Positions 11,269 through 21,928 are shown, counted from the first letter of the stretch. The stretch: 63,716 bases of DNA from Betaproteobacteria bacterium (GCA_947476215.1 CANJQI010000005.1:1-63716); one strand, 5' to 3'. The notes: generated by a model not told the origin, from the letters alone. Made by a program: numbers and translations.

Positions 11269-13467
11269 ATGACTTTTGTTCGCGTCGCGCTCGACGTTCC
11301 AGTCCCGACTTTGTTCGATTATCGCGCGGAACATGCGGTCGCCAACGACGTAGGCTCGCGGGTGCTAGTGCCATTCGGCAAAAAAGTTGCGGTCGGCGTG
11401 ATTTTTGAACTCGCGCAGGAAACAACGCTGGCGCCGCAGCGTGTACGCAACGTTCTCAGCATCTTGCGCGACGTTCCACCCCTGTCGAACGATATTCTGA
11501 TGTTGCTGAAGTTTTCGAGCGACTACTATCACCACCCAATCGGCCAGGTTGTGATGGGTACGCTGCCGACGCGGTTGCGACGTAGGCAGGTGCTCACTTC
11601 CCGCGTGGTGCGCTACCGTTATCAGCTGACGGTTGCCGGGCAAAGTGTAGCCCCAGAAACGTTGCCGGCGCGCGCTGTGGTGAAACGCAAGCTGCTTGAA
11701 TTGTTGAGGTCCAACGTATCCGGTATGGAAGAAGACCAGTTGCGCGTAGCCTCTCCCCGTGCCGCACCGGTGCTGAAAGTGATGATGCAACAGGGTTGGC
11801 TGAGACGTAACGAGGTAGCGTCATCCGATGTGCGCAGGCCGGTGATACCCGTGCGACAAACGCTGGGCCCGACGCTGACTGACGAACAGCGTCAGACCGT
11901 AGCCCTGCTACGTGGTGCAAAAGGCGGTTTCATACCGTGGCTATTGCGAGGCGTCACCGGCAGCGGCAAAACCGAGATCTATCTGCAACTGATTGCCGAT
12001 ACGCTCGCGGCGGGCCATCAGGCGCTGTTGATGGTTCCGGAAATCAATCTCACGCCACAACTCGAAGCACTGGTTCACGCCCGCTTCCCCGATACCACGC
12101 TGGTGTCATTGCATAGCGGTCTAAGTGAAGGCGAGCGCTTACATCATTGGCTGGCCGCGCAATCAGGCGAGGCTGGAATCGTGCTTGGAACCCGGCTTGC
12201 GATTTTTGCGCCGCTCCCCAGACTCGGGCTTATCGTCGTCGACGAGGAACACGACACCTCGTTCAAGCAAATGGACGGTCTGCGCTATTCGGCGCGAGAT
12301 CTCGCGCTGGTGCGTGCCAAGAAGCGAGCCATACCCATAGTGCTCGGCTCCGCAACACCTGCTCTGGAAACATTTCAGAATGCGCTTACGGGCACTTATC
12401 GGACGCTCACGCTCGCCCAGCGCGTGAACGCCATGCCGCCCACCATCGAGTGTGTCGATACACGGTGCGAATCCATGGTGGACGGACTGTCGCAAACCCT
12501 GCTCAACGGCGTACGCGAAATGACTAAGCGCGGCGAACAGAGCCTTATTTTTATCAATCGCCGTGGTTACGCCCCGGTATTGATGTGCGCAAGCTGTGGC
12601 TGGACCTCTGGTTGCCACCGCTGTTCCGCGCGGCTCGTGGTACACCTGAAAGACCACCAGCTGCGCTGCCATCTGTGCGGACATCAGGAACGCCTGCCGG
12701 TGTCGTGCCCACAATGCGGCAATCAGGATTTGCTGCCGTTGGGGCAGGGCACGCAGCGAATAGAAACGACACTGACGCGCATATTTCCCGAAGCGCGCAT
12801 ACTGCGTATCGACCGCGACAGCACACGGCGCAAACACGCGTGGGGTGAAATGCGGCAAAAAATCGCCGATCGGCAGGTCGACATACTAGTCGGCACGCAG
12901 ATACTCGCCAAGGGGCACGATTTTCCGCAATTGAATCTCGTCGGCGTCGTCAATGCCGACAGCTCGTTATACAGCACGGATTTTCGCGCGGCGGAGCGTC
13001 TGTTCGCACGCCTGACGCAGGTCGCGGGGCGAGCCGGCCGCGGCGCCACCCGTGGACGCGTTTTGGTTCAGACTGAATTCCCGACTCATCCCCTGTACCA
13101 GGCGCTACAGCGCGATGATTACCCGGCCTACGCGCATGAACTTCTGGCCGAGCGCAAACAGGCTGGTTTTCCGCCGTTCGTCCATCAGGCGGTGTTACGC
13201 GCCGAATCCGCACAGCTCGAAACCGCACTCGCCTTCCTGGCGGCAGCAGCACATGCCGCCGCGCCGTACGGGGACCAAGTCGCGATCTATGATCCAGTTC
13301 CGGCAAGTGTGTCGCGCATGGCCGGACTGGAACGCGCGCATCTGGTCGTGCAATCCCGCTCGCGGTCCCGGTTGCAGTCGTTCCTGCGCAATTGGCATGT
13401 CCACCTGCTCGCCACCGCGGAGCACCGCGTCCGGTGGGCGCTGGACATCGATCCGCAGGAACTGTAG
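11269..13467 (+). CDS. priA: Primosomal replication-restart helicase PriA
   Basis: 732-aa ORF with helicase motifs GVTGSGKTEIY and VVDEEHD, and a Cys-rich zinc-binding insert (CASCGW...CHRC...CHLCG...CPQCG). Confidence 0.92.
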   Translation: MTFVRVALDVPVPTLFDYRAEHAVANDVGSRVLVPFGKKVAVGVIFELAQETTLAPQRVRNVLSILRDVPPLSNDILMLLKFSSDYYHHPIGQVVMGTLPTRLRRRQVLTSRVVRYRYQLTVAGQSVAPETLPARAVVKRKLLELLRSNVSGMEEDQLRVASPRAAPVLKVMMQQGWLRRNEVASSDVRRPVIPVRQTLGPTLTDEQRQTVALLRGAKGGFIPWLLRGVTGSGKTEIYLQLIADTLAAGHQALLMVPEINLTPQLEALVHARFPDTTLVSLHSGLSEGERLHHWLAAQSGEAGIVLGTRLAIFAPLPRLGLIVVDEEHDTSFKQMDGLRYSARDLALVRAKKRAIPIVLGSATPALETFQNALTGTYRTLTLAQRVNAMPPTIECVDTRCESMVDGLSQTLLNGVREMTKRGEQSLIFINRRGYAPVLMCASCGWTSGCHRCSARLVVHLKDHQLRCHLCGHQERLPVSCPQCGNQDLLPLGQGTQRIETTLTRIFPEARILRIDRDSTRRKHAWGEMRQKIADRQVDILVGTQILAKGHDFPQLNLVGVVNADSSLYSTDFRAAERLFARLTQVAGRAGRGATRGRVLVQTEFPTHPLYQALQRDDYPAYAHELLAERKQAGFPPFVHQAVLRAESAQLETALAFLAAAAHAAAPYGDQVAIYDPVPASVSRMAGLERAHLVVQSRSRSRLQSFLRNWHVHLLATAEHRVRWALDIDPQEL

Positions 13468-13528
13468 CACCCATCGTGCATGATAGAATGCGCGGGCTTT
13501 TCCCTACCCATTTGCGCGATCCAATATC

Positions 13529-15214
13529 ATGACGCAATCAGCCGGCCCGGACTTACGCGCGCATGTCGCGGAGCTGATCAGTGCCGCGCTGACCAAGATT
13601 GCGCCACAGCTAACCAACACGGCCATCGTCATCGAGCGCCCCAAGCAGATACAACACGGCGATTATGCGTGCAGTATTGCATTGCAGTTGGCAAAACCAC
13701 TGAAACGCAAACCGCGCGACATTGCAACTGCACTGATTGAAGCACTCCCGTCCTCACCCTGCGTTGCGAGCACGGAAATCGCCGGCGCCGGGTTCATCAA
13801 CTTCTTTCTCAGATCCGACGCACACCAGCAAACGATCTCGCGCATCCTCGGCGAGGGCAAAGCGTTCGGCTGCAGCGGCGCCGGCGGCAAGCAGAAAGTG
13901 CAGATCGAGTTTGTGTCCGCCAATCCGACGGGGCCGTTGCATGTCGGCCACGGCCGTCAGGCCGCGCTCGGCGACGCGTTGGCGGCGCTGCTCGAATCGC
14001 AAGGATACGATGTCACCCGCGAATACTATTACAACGATGCCGGCGTGCAAATCCAGAATCTGGCGCTGTCCGTGCAGGCGCGCGCGCGCGGCGTCAAGCC
14101 TGGAGACGCAAAGTGGCCGGAAGCGGGTTATCAGGGCGAATATATACAGGATATTGCCACCGATTTTCTCGCCGGCAAGCCCGTCGGAACCACGGAACCT
14201 ACGGTTTCGCAGGGCGCCGGTAACGTCGATGATCTCGAGGCCATACGCAAATTCGCGGTGGCCTATTTACGCCACGAACAGGATACCGACCTGCGGACAT
14301 TCGACGTAAAGTTTGACGTCTATTATCTCGAATCCAGCCTGTACGCGGAGGGTCGCGTCGACAAAGTCGTTCAGGGCTTTATCGCCAACGACAAAACCTA
14401 TGAAAAGGACGGTGCGCTGTGGCTGCGCACGACGGACTACGGGGATGACAAGGATCGCGTCGTGCGCAAGTCGGACGGCACTTATACCTATTTCGTTCCG
14501 GATGTCGCATATCACGTCACCAAATGGCAGCGTGGATTCCAGCGCGTTATCAACGTACAAGGCACGGATCACCACAGCACCATCACCCGTGTGCGCGCCG
14601 GACTGCAGGCGTTGAATATCGGCATCCCCGACGCGTATCCCGACTATGTGCTGCACAGCCTGGTTCGTGTTCTGCGTGGCGGCGAGGAAGTCAAGATATC
14701 CAAGCGCGCGGGATCTTATGTGACGGTGCGTGATCTCATCGAGTGGGTCGGGCGGGACGCCGTCCGATTTTTCCTCGCATCCCGCCGCGCGGATTCCGAA
14801 TTCGTGTTCGACATCGATCTGGCGCTGGCGCAAAGCGAGGAAAACCCCGTCTATTACGTGCAGTATGCGCACGCGCGCGTATGCAGCGTTTTGGCGCAGT
14901 GGGGCGGAGCGATAGAGATTTTGCGCGACGCTGACTTGGCGCCGCTGACACACGAACGCGAATTGGCACTCATGAAAAAGCTGGCCGAGTACCCGGAAAC
15001 GACGGCAAACGCGGCGCGCGAGCTGGAACCTCATCAGATCGCGTTCTACCTGCGCGAACTGGCCGGCGATTTTCACGGGTACTACAATGCGACCCGGTTT
15101 CTGGTCCCGGAAGAACCGCTCAAGCTGGCACGGTTAGCGCTTGCGGTTGCAGCGCGCCAGGTGTTGCGCAATGGACTTGAGCTGCTGGGTGTATCGGCAC
15201 CCGAAAAAATGTAA
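13529..15214 (+). CDS. argS: Arginine--tRNA ligase
   Basis: 561-aa ORF with class I motifs [14 protein letters not shown] and a KMSKS-like VKISKRAG. Confidence 0.93.
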   Translation: MTQSAGPDLRAHVAELISAALTKIAPQLTNTAIVIERPKQIQHGDYACSIALQLAKPLKRKPRDIATALIEALPSSPCVASTEIAGAGFINFFLRSDAHQQTISRILGEGKAFGCSGAGGKQKVQIEFVSANPTGPLHVGHGRQAALGDALAALLESQGYDVTREYYYNDAGVQIQNLALSVQARARGVKPGDAKWPEAGYQGEYIQDIATDFLAGKPVGTTEPTVSQGAGNVDDLEAIRKFAVAYLRHEQDTDLRTFDVKFDVYYLESSLYAEGRVDKVVQGFIANDKTYEKDGALWLRTTDYGDDKDRVVRKSDGTYTYFVPDVAYHVTKWQRGFQRVINVQGTDHHSTITRVRAGLQALNIGIPDAYPDYVLHSLVRVLRGGEEVKISKRAGSYVTVRDLIEWVGRDAVRFFLASRRADSEFVFDIDLALAQSEENPVYYVQYAHARVCSVLAQWGGAIEILRDADLAPLTHERELALMKKLAEYPETTANAARELEPHQIAFYLRELAGDFHGYYNATRFLVPEEPLKLARLALAVAARQVLRNGLELLGVSAPEKM

Positions 15215-15228
15215 AAATAGCGCTACGC

Positions 15229-15840
15229 ATGAGCAAAGACTATAAAGGAACGAACAGAAATTCCGCCGGCAAAAGCGGATCCGGCTCTCTGCTGATCGGA
15301 GTTCTGATCGGACTGGTGCTGGGACTGGGCATCGCGCTCGCGGTGGCGTGGTACATCAACAAGATGCCGACGCCGTTCGTCAATCGCGCGGAACCGACGG
15401 CCAAAAGCGAAGCCAAAAAGGGCAGTGTGTCCGATCCCGCAAAGAACAACGACAAAAGCGACAAGGCGTCCGACACGAAGCCGCGATTCGATTTTTACAA
15501 GATATTGCCCGGGACCGAAGAGCTGGTCAGCGAACAACAGTTCAAGGATGCGCAGCAAAAGCCGTCAACCGCGCAGGTCCGCGAAGCGTTTTTCCTGCAG
15601 GCGGGCGCTTTTCAAAATGCCCCCGACGCCGATAACCTGAAAGCAAGACTGGCGTTGCTGGGCCTCGAAGCGACAATACAGACGACTGCCTTGGCGGACA
15701 AAGGCGTATGGCACAGAGTGAGTGTCGGTCCATATGCCGCGATAGAAGACCTGAATCGCGCACGCGGCACACTGAAACAGAATGGCATTGAAACGACTCT
15801 GATCAAAGTACGCGAAGCACCCGCACAACCCGTCAAATAA
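15229..15840 (+). CDS. SPOR-domain (peptidoglycan-binding) membrane protein
   Basis: An N-terminal transmembrane helix and a low-complexity Lys/Asp linker precede a C-terminal SPOR-like segment: FFLQAGAFQNAPDADNLKARLALLGLEATI...WHRVSVGPY. Confidence 0.75.
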   Translation: MSKDYKGTNRNSAGKSGSGSLLIGVLIGLVLGLGIALAVAWYINKMPTPFVNRAEPTAKSEAKKGSVSDPAKNNDKSDKASDTKPRFDFYKILPGTEELVSEQQFKDAQQKPSTAQVREAFFLQAGAFQNAPDADNLKARLALLGLEATIQTTALADKGVWHRVSVGPYAAIEDLNRARGTLKQNGIETTLIKVREAPAQPVK

Positions 15841-15859
15841 CGCCTCTGGAGACATCGGC

Positions 15860-16555
15860 ATGATGAAATCCCTAAGTAAGAGCCTGGGCTGTCTGGCCGC
15901 ATTGCTGGCGATGCTGGCGTTGAATTACGCCTTTGCGCAACAACCACCGGTAGCCGGCCGCGAGTTCACCCGTATCAATCCGCCACAGGCCGTCAGCACC
16001 GGCAACAAAATCGAGGTGCTCGAGTTTTTCTGGTACGGCTGCCCGCATTGTTATCACCTCGAACCTTCGCTGCGCGCATGGCTGAAACGCAAACCGGCGG
16101 ATGTCGAGTTCCGATTTGTGCCGGGCACGTTCGGAGCCCCGCAGTGGGAGCCGTTGACACGCACCTTTTATGCACTCGATGCTATGGGCCTATCCAGCAA
16201 GTATCACGACGCAATTTTTGCCGGTATACACGAGGAAAAAGACACGAGCCGGCAGCGTGCGCTTATCAGTGATCCGAGGGTCATTGCGGACTGGCTTGCA
16301 AGCAAGGGTGTCGACAAGCAGAAGTTTCTTGATACCTACAGTTCATTTGCCGTGAACGGACGCACCCAGCGTTCGGTCGATATGACTCGCAGCTATGATG
16401 TGTCTGGGACACCTTCCCTGGTTGTCGACGGCAAGTACCTTTCCGGCCCATCGATGATCGTCAATCCTGACAACAGCCCTAACTATGAGCGGTTCTTCCA
16501 GGTCATAGACCACTTGATCGCACAGGCGCGCAAGGAAAGGGTCAGCAAGAAATAA
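15860..16555 (+). CDS. dsbA: Periplasmic thiol:disulfide oxidoreductase DsbA
   Basis: Signal peptide and thioredoxin-fold active site FFWYGCPHCYHLEP. Length is typical of DsbA. Confidence 0.85.
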   Translation: MMKSLSKSLGCLAALLAMLALNYAFAQQPPVAGREFTRINPPQAVSTGNKIEVLEFFWYGCPHCYHLEPSLRAWLKRKPADVEFRFVPGTFGAPQWEPLTRTFYALDAMGLSSKYHDAIFAGIHEEKDTSRQRALISDPRVIADWLASKGVDKQKFLDTYSSFAVNGRTQRSVDMTRSYDVSGTPSLVVDGKYLSGPSMIVNPDNSPNYERFFQVIDHLIAQARKERVSKK

Positions 16556-16558
16556 GCC

Positions 16559-17224
16559 ATGGTTTCCAGGGTATTTTTCCTCAGGTGCATGGGATATTTC
16601 TGGCTGGCACTGACGCTGGCCACGCTACCCGCGGGCGCGCAACAGATCAGGCGCGACATTGACTATCGACTGATTCCGCAGCCTCAAACCGTGGCAAGCG
16701 GCGAGCGCGTGGAAGTCATAGAATTTTTCTTCTATGCCTGCCCCTATTGCAACGATTTATCGCCACATATCGAACGCTGGCGTGCAAAGAAACCCGCCGA
16801 TGTCGTTTTTCGCCGGGTCCCGGTGGTGCGTCACGATAGCTGGGCGCCTTTGGCCAAGACCTACTTCACGCTGGAGACCATGGGCGAGGCCGAACGCCTG
16901 CATGCCGCGGTTTATCGCAGCTACCATGTCGACGACCTGTACATGAGCCAGGACAAGGTTATCGCCGAGTGGGCCGGAAAGCACGGCCTGGATGCCGAGA
17001 AATTCATGTCCATTTACCGTTCCGACGAGACGCTCAAGAAGGTTGAGATGGCGCGCAAGATGACCATGGACTACGACATTCAGGGCACGCCGTCGGTGGT
17101 CGTCGATGGCAAATTCCTGACCTCCACCAGCATGACACCCAGCGTGCAGCAAGTCATCCCGGTTATTGACAGTCTGATCCAGCTCGCACGCCAGCAGCGC
17201 CTCGAAAAGAGCAGCGGCAAATAG
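16559..17224 (+). CDS. DsbA-family paralog (active site CPYC)
   Basis: Signal-peptide-like N-terminus and active site FFFYACPYCNDLSP. It has the same architecture as the gene immediately upstream, with only 3 nt between them. Confidence 0.8.
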   Translation: MVSRVFFLRCMGYFWLALTLATLPAGAQQIRRDIDYRLIPQPQTVASGERVEVIEFFFYACPYCNDLSPHIERWRAKKPADVVFRRVPVVRHDSWAPLAKTYFTLETMGEAERLHAAVYRSYHVDDLYMSQDKVIAEWAGKHGLDAEKFMSIYRSDETLKKVEMARKMTMDYDIQGTPSVVVDGKFLTSTSMTPSVQQVIPVIDSLIQLARQQRLEKSSGK

Positions 17225-17258
17225 GTCCGGCGCTCGCTCACGACCGCCGGGGTATCCC

Positions 17259-18014
17259 ATGCTACGCGTGATCATCACTGGCGCATCGAGCGGCATAGGC
17301 GCCACACTGGCGCAGCTTTATGCCCGACGCGGTGCGACTCTGGGTCTGATCGCACGGCGCAAAGCGGCGCTTGATGAACTTGCCGGACTATTGCCCGTGA
17401 CGGTTGAAACGTATGGCGCCGATGTGCGCGACGCCGCGGCGATGCGCGCGGCAGCACTACACTTCCTCGACCATCATGGTACGCCCGATATCGTAATTGC
17501 CAATGCCGGCGTCAGCATCGGCACATTAACTGAATTCGCCGAGGATCTGGACGCGTTTCAGGAGGTGATGGACATCAATGTCGTTGGCATGGTGAAGTCC
17601 TTTCAACCTTTTCTGATGCCCATGCGAACCGCGGGGCGCGGTGCATTGGTGGGAATAGCCAGCGTGGCCGGCTATCGCGGACTGCCGGGCGCGGCGGCAT
17701 ACTCGGCGTCGAAAGCAGCGGCAATTTCTTACCTCGAAAGCCTGCGCGTCGAACTGCGTTCCAGCGGCATCAAAGTCATTACCATCTGTCCCGGTTACAT
17801 TACGACGCCTATGACCGCAAAAAATCCCTATCCCATGCCCTTCATATTGAGCGCCGAGGTTGCGGCGCGGAAAATTACCGGCATCATAGAACGCGGCAAG
17901 CTTTTCTCCGTCATCCCCTGGCAAATGGCGGTCGTAGCGCGCCTGCTCAGACTGCTTCCGAATTTCCTCTATGACTGGGTGTTCAGCCGCGCACCGCGTA
18001 AACCACGGCGCTGA
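17259..18014 (+). CDS. Short-chain dehydrogenase/reductase
   Basis: The cofactor motif ITGASSGIG and the catalytic motif YSASKAA are both present. Confidence 0.85.
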   Translation: MLRVIITGASSGIGATLAQLYARRGATLGLIARRKAALDELAGLLPVTVETYGADVRDAAAMRAAALHFLDHHGTPDIVIANAGVSIGTLTEFAEDLDAFQEVMDINVVGMVKSFQPFLMPMRTAGRGALVGIASVAGYRGLPGAAAYSASKAAAISYLESLRVELRSSGIKVITICPGYITTPMTAKNPYPMPFILSAEVAARKITGIIERGKLFSVIPWQMAVVARLLRLLPNFLYDWVFSRAPRKPRR

Positions 18015-18091
18015 TCATCTCCGCCGTTGTATACCGGCGACATTGTCTGCAAACGCGGATTCAAACGAGAAAGCAAAAGCCTCGCCTGAGG

Positions 18092-18325
18092 TCACTTACC
18101 TTGTGTCGTTTGTAGCGATTTTCGGTGGTTTGTGATTTTCTCAAAGCAGTCCTCACAAACCTTGCGCAACCCGCCTCCCTGGCGAGTACGTGATTGGGGT
18201 CGCATGGCGGCAGCGTCAACCAGCCGCCTGCACTCGGGGCATTGTTTGGTCTTCGACGGATCTTTGCCCATGAACTCTAACCACACAGCGTAGGTTGTCG
18301 GCCAATAGATAATACGCTTTATCAT
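18092..18325 (-). CDS. Small hypothetical protein with a CxxC...CxxC zinc-ribbon-like motif
   Basis: 77-aa ORF containing CPEC...(24 aa)...CEDC. An internal alternative start MGKDPS exists. I recognise no homolog, so whether it is a real gene is uncertain. Confidence 0.35.
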   Translation of the reverse strand: MIKRIIYWPTTYAVWLEFMGKDPSKTKQCPECRRLVDAAAMRPQSRTRQGGGLRKVCEDCFEKITNHRKSLQTTQGK

Positions 18326-18454
18326 CTGCGGGCGGTGATTCCCGTTTTAATCCATTCCCTGCACCATTCACCCCCGCGATAGCCAATCCCGGGGAAATTG
18401 GTCAAACTACCAATCGTGGGGCCATCCGCCGGTGTTTGGCCCGACGTCCCCATC

Positions 18455-19432
18455 ATGAGAGAAACTATGATGCCACCCTGTAACACGATCTACGCGCTCA
18501 CAGCCGCCCTGACCATCGTCATGGTGGGAGAGGTGGCCGGCCAATCCTACCCACACAAACCCATACGCTTTGTCGTTCCCTATTCTCCAGGCGGACCCAC
18601 CGATACGGTTTCGCGGTTGATCGGGCAGAAGCTCGGCGAGACGCCCGGGTGGCAGGTGATCATAGATAACCGCGGCGGAGGTTCTGGCATCGTTGGCACT
18701 GAGCTGGTGGCAAGAGCCGCGCCGGACGGTTACACCATGCTCCTGGGATCATTCGCCTTCGCGATCAACCCGGTGCTCGTTAAAGATCTGCCGTACGATA
18801 CGTTAAAGGACTTTGCGCCCGTGAGCCTGCTCACGCAGGGCGTGATAGCGCTGGTGGTTCATCCCGGCGTGCAGGCGAGTTCGGTCAAGGAACTAATTGC
18901 GTTGGCCAAATCGCGACCGGCGGCGCTCAATTACAGCACTACCGGCGGCGGTGCATCCAGTCACCTTGGCGCACTTCTGTTTCAGTCAATGACGGGCATC
19001 AAAATGACCGCCGTGAACTACAGCGGAGCGGGGCCTGGCTCTCTGGCCGTGTTAACCGGAGAAGTTCATCTGTCGTTCCATAGTATCGTGCCTGCCATAC
19101 CCTTTATCAAAACGGGCAAGCTGCGGGTACTGGGTGTGAGCAGCGCCAAACGCACCAATCTTTTGCCCGATGTTCCAACCATCGCGGAAGCCGGGGTGCC
19201 CGGCTATCAGGTGACGCAGTGGTACGGGATACTCCTGCCCGGCCGCACCTCGCCGCCTGTCATCTCACGGCTAAATCAGGAGATAGTGCGCGTTGTTGAA
19301 CGAGTCGATGTCAAGGAAAACCTGATCGCGCAGGGTCTTGAGCCGGCGCCCAGTTCACCGGCAGAGTTTTCCAGATATATTTCAACGGAAGTTACCAAGT
19401 GGACCCGGGTTCTTAAAGAATTCGGCTCGTAA
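18455..19432 (+). CDS. Bug/TctC-family periplasmic tricarboxylate-type binding protein
   Basis: A signal peptide is followed by the family hallmark YPHKPIRFVVPYSPGGPTD and later GVPGY...WYGILLP. The start is placed at MRETMMPP (18455); the tracked ORF begins at 18398. Confidence 0.85.
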   Translation: MRETMMPPCNTIYALTAALTIVMVGEVAGQSYPHKPIRFVVPYSPGGPTDTVSRLIGQKLGETPGWQVIIDNRGGGSGIVGTELVARAAPDGYTMLLGSFAFAINPVLVKDLPYDTLKDFAPVSLLTQGVIALVVHPGVQASSVKELIALAKSRPAALNYSTTGGGASSHLGALLFQSMTGIKMTAVNYSGAGPGSLAVLTGEVHLSFHSIVPAIPFIKTGKLRVLGVSSAKRTNLLPDVPTIAEAGVPGYQVTQWYGILLPGRTSPPVISRLNQEIVRVVERVDVKENLIAQGLEPAPSSPAEFSRYISTEVTKWTRVLKEFGS

Positions 19433-19457
19433 CGGAACCAGTCAAGAGCAAACGCAG

Positions 19458-20282
19458 ATGGAAAAATTTTTCGATTGCCCCGACGGCTGCAAGTTGTTTT
19501 ACCGGATTGATGATTTCACCGACCCCTGGAAGGCAGCGCCTACCGTGCTGTTTGTGCACGGCTTTGCGGAAAGCGGCGTAGCGTGGCGCGCATGGGTCCC
19601 TTACTTCGCGCGGCATTTTCGCGTGATCCGCGTTGATCTGCGCGGCTACGGTCGATCCACGCCCATGCCCATCGATTTCAACTGGACCCTGAATTTTCCG
19701 GTTGATGATCTGGTCGCGCTGATTCGGCATCTCAATTGCGGCGCGGTGCACCTCGTAGGTGCAAAAAGCGGCGGCGCGATGGTATTCAAGCTCGCGGCGG
19801 ACCATCCAGAACTGGTGCAAACGCTGACGGGAGTTACGCCGGCCGTCAGGTCCGCGGCGCAAAGCGCGCCGGCGTGGGCTGCGCAGATCAGCGAGCAGGG
19901 TATGCATGCATGGGCACGGGACACCATGCAGGGACGCCTGGGCAGCACGGTTACACAGGCGGAATTCGATTGGTGGGTAAACAACGTGCAAGGCAAGACA
20001 CCCGTGTCGACGGTGCTCGGTTATCTGCGCATGGTTCCGGTGATGGATGTCCGGGGCGAGCTCGAAAAGATCGTCTGCCCGACGCTGGTCGTCATGACTG
20101 CGGGTGCCGGCCGGCGCAGCGTCGCAAGCTACAAGAAGTGGCAGACGCGCATCAAAAATTCTGAACTGCACGTGGTAGAAGGCGACGCCTGGCACGCCGC
20201 AGGCGCATACCCCGATAGTTGCGCGCAGGCGACCGCCGCATTCATAAAACGGCACAGTCCGACTGTATATATATCCGTCTGA
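19458..20282 (+). CDS. Alpha/beta-fold hydrolase
   Basis: Oxyanion region LFVHGF, nucleophile elbow VGAKSGG and a C-terminal His region EGDAWHAAG. The start is placed at MEKFFDCPDG (ATG 19458). Confidence 0.8.
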   Translation: MEKFFDCPDGCKLFYRIDDFTDPWKAAPTVLFVHGFAESGVAWRAWVPYFARHFRVIRVDLRGYGRSTPMPIDFNWTLNFPVDDLVALIRHLNCGAVHLVGAKSGGAMVFKLAADHPELVQTLTGVTPAVRSAAQSAPAWAAQISEQGMHAWARDTMQGRLGSTVTQAEFDWWVNNVQGKTPVSTVLGYLRMVPVMDVRGELEKIVCPTLVVMTAGAGRRSVASYKKWQTRIKNSELHVVEGDAWHAAGAYPDSCAQATAAFIKRHSPTVYISV

Positions 20283-20350
20283 AGGCTATTCTATTAAAAC
20301 AAATGATTACATTAATATGGCGGTAGGTTGAACCAACCAGGAGATCCAGC

Positions 20351-21697
20351 TTGAAACCCATTACCAGAATACTGGCACGTTACGTTCATGCATCAACATT
20401 TGATGCACTTCCGGCGGCGGTACGCCACGAGGGCGCACGCGCGTTCGTCAACTGGCTGGGCTGTGCCGCGGCCGGCTCCAGGGAGGAGGATGTCGAAATC
20501 ATGGTCAAGCTCCTCGCTGAATACAATGGCGCGAAGACAGCGACTATCGTCGGCCGTGGTGAGCGGCTGGATGCACTCAATGCGACGTTCATCAACTCGA
20601 TGAGTTCGGCCGCCCTCGCTTTCAACGATACCCACAATACGACCGTGGCACACCCAACCAGCCCGGTTGCGGCTGCCTTGCTGGCACTGGCGGAGAGCCA
20701 GCCACTGACCGGCAAGGAATTGCTGCACGCCCTCATACTCGGCATAGAAGTGCAGTGCCGCGCCGGCAACCTATTGTGCGTTCCGCCTGCGGTCTGCGCG
20801 GTTGGCTTGTCGATGCAAGGCCTGGTGGGTTGCATAGGCGCAGCGGCGGCCGCCGCCAAGGTCATGGGGCTGGACGAAAGCGGCATCACGACAGCCATAG
20901 GGCTTGCAGCAAACCAGGCTGGCGGATTGCGTGAAGCGCAGTCTTCTATGGGCAGTCACTTCACGCCCGGCAGTGCGGCACGCAACGGCCTGCTGGCGGC
21001 GCTGCTGGCGAAACGCGGCTTCAATTGCACCGAATCCATGCTCGAAGGCGCGAAAGGTTTTGCTGCATCCTTTGCGAGCAATCCCAATTCCGACGCAGCC
21101 ATCGACAAACTGGGTGAAGTTTACGAGATTAGCACACTGGCCTACAAACCCTATCCGTCCGGTGTGGTCATACATTCCATCATCGACGCGTGCCTAGAGA
21201 TCGTCAAGCGCGGCGTGCTCGAAGCGGGAATAATCGAACGCATAGAACTCACCATCAACCCGCTTGCGGTGAAGCTGTGCGATATCGTGGACCCCAGGGA
21301 TAGAGGTCAGGCGCTGGTCAGCCTGCAACACTGGGCCGCCGTAACTTTGCTGCAGGGAGCCGCCGGCGTAGAGCAGGTAACCGACACCTGCGTGCGCGAT
21401 CCGGTCGTATCCGAGGTTCGTCGCGCCGTCGTCTATACCGCGACCGCCACCATGCCCATGGAAGCGGCTGATGTAAGCGTGGTTTTCAAGGATGGCAAAC
21501 GACTGCAGGCGAACGTTAAACATTGTCGCGGCAGCGCGAACCGTCCATTGACGGACGAGGACATCACCGAGAAAACGCGCGGCCTGCTGCGCAGCATATA
21601 CCCTGCGGCAAAAGCCGACCAATTACTGGATCAATGCTGGCGTATGGAAGGGTGTGCGCGAGTCGACGAATTCTGCAAGAAGCTCGCCACGGACTAA
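20351..21697 (+). CDS. MmgE/PrpD-family protein (2-methylcitrate-dehydratase-like fold)
   Basis: 448 aa with an N-terminus typical of the family (L..YV....FD.LP..V.......+.+.LGC..AG). The TTG start is preceded by AGGAG. Confidence 0.8.
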   Translation: MKPITRILARYVHASTFDALPAAVRHEGARAFVNWLGCAAAGSREEDVEIMVKLLAEYNGAKTATIVGRGERLDALNATFINSMSSAALAFNDTHNTTVAHPTSPVAAALLALAESQPLTGKELLHALILGIEVQCRAGNLLCVPPAVCAVGLSMQGLVGCIGAAAAAAKVMGLDESGITTAIGLAANQAGGLREAQSSMGSHFTPGSAARNGLLAALLAKRGFNCTESMLEGAKGFAASFASNPNSDAAIDKLGEVYEISTLAYKPYPSGVVIHSIIDACLEIVKRGVLEAGIIERIELTINPLAVKLCDIVDPRDRGQALVSLQHWAAVTLLQGAAGVEQVTDTCVRDPVVSEVRRAVVYTATATMPMEAADVSVVFKDGKRLQANVKHCRGSANRPLTDEDITEKTRGLLRSIYPAAKADQLLDQCWRMEGCARVDEFCKKLATD

Positions 21698-21717
21698 GTT
21701 CACACGGAGCACACGCC

Positions 21718-21915
21718 ATGGAATCCCGCCTGGAAAAAATCGAAACCAAAATCAGCCAAAATGAGGACTTGCTGGACGCGCTCAACAGTACGGTATACAA
21801 ACAGCAGCGACAGATAGATCAGTTACAGCTGGAGCTGCGCGAGTTGCGACAGCAGGTTCAGACGATACCGGCTGAACCACGCAGTCTGCACGATGAAATT
21901 CCACCTCATTATTAA
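21718..21915 (+). CDS. slyX: SlyX-family coiled-coil protein
   Basis: 65-aa MESRLEKIETKISQNEDLLDALN...QLQLELRELRQQV, the typical SlyX heptad pattern. The start is placed at ATG 21718 inside the longer tracked ORF. Confidence 0.7.
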   Translation: MESRLEKIETKISQNEDLLDALNSTVYKQQRQIDQLQLELRELRQQVQTIPAEPRSLHDEIPPHY

Positions 21916-21928
21916 CTCACCAACAAGC

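Noticed and set aside
10942-11334. 130-aa minus-strand ORF, and a 65-aa plus-strand ORF at 10944-11141, in the hemE-priA spacer.
   Set aside because: The minus-strand ORF would overlap the priA start by 66 nt. Neither translation shows motifs, a signal peptide or a sensible start context. I treat the region as non-coding (see the DnaA-box finding). A small gene or ncRNA cannot be fully excluded.
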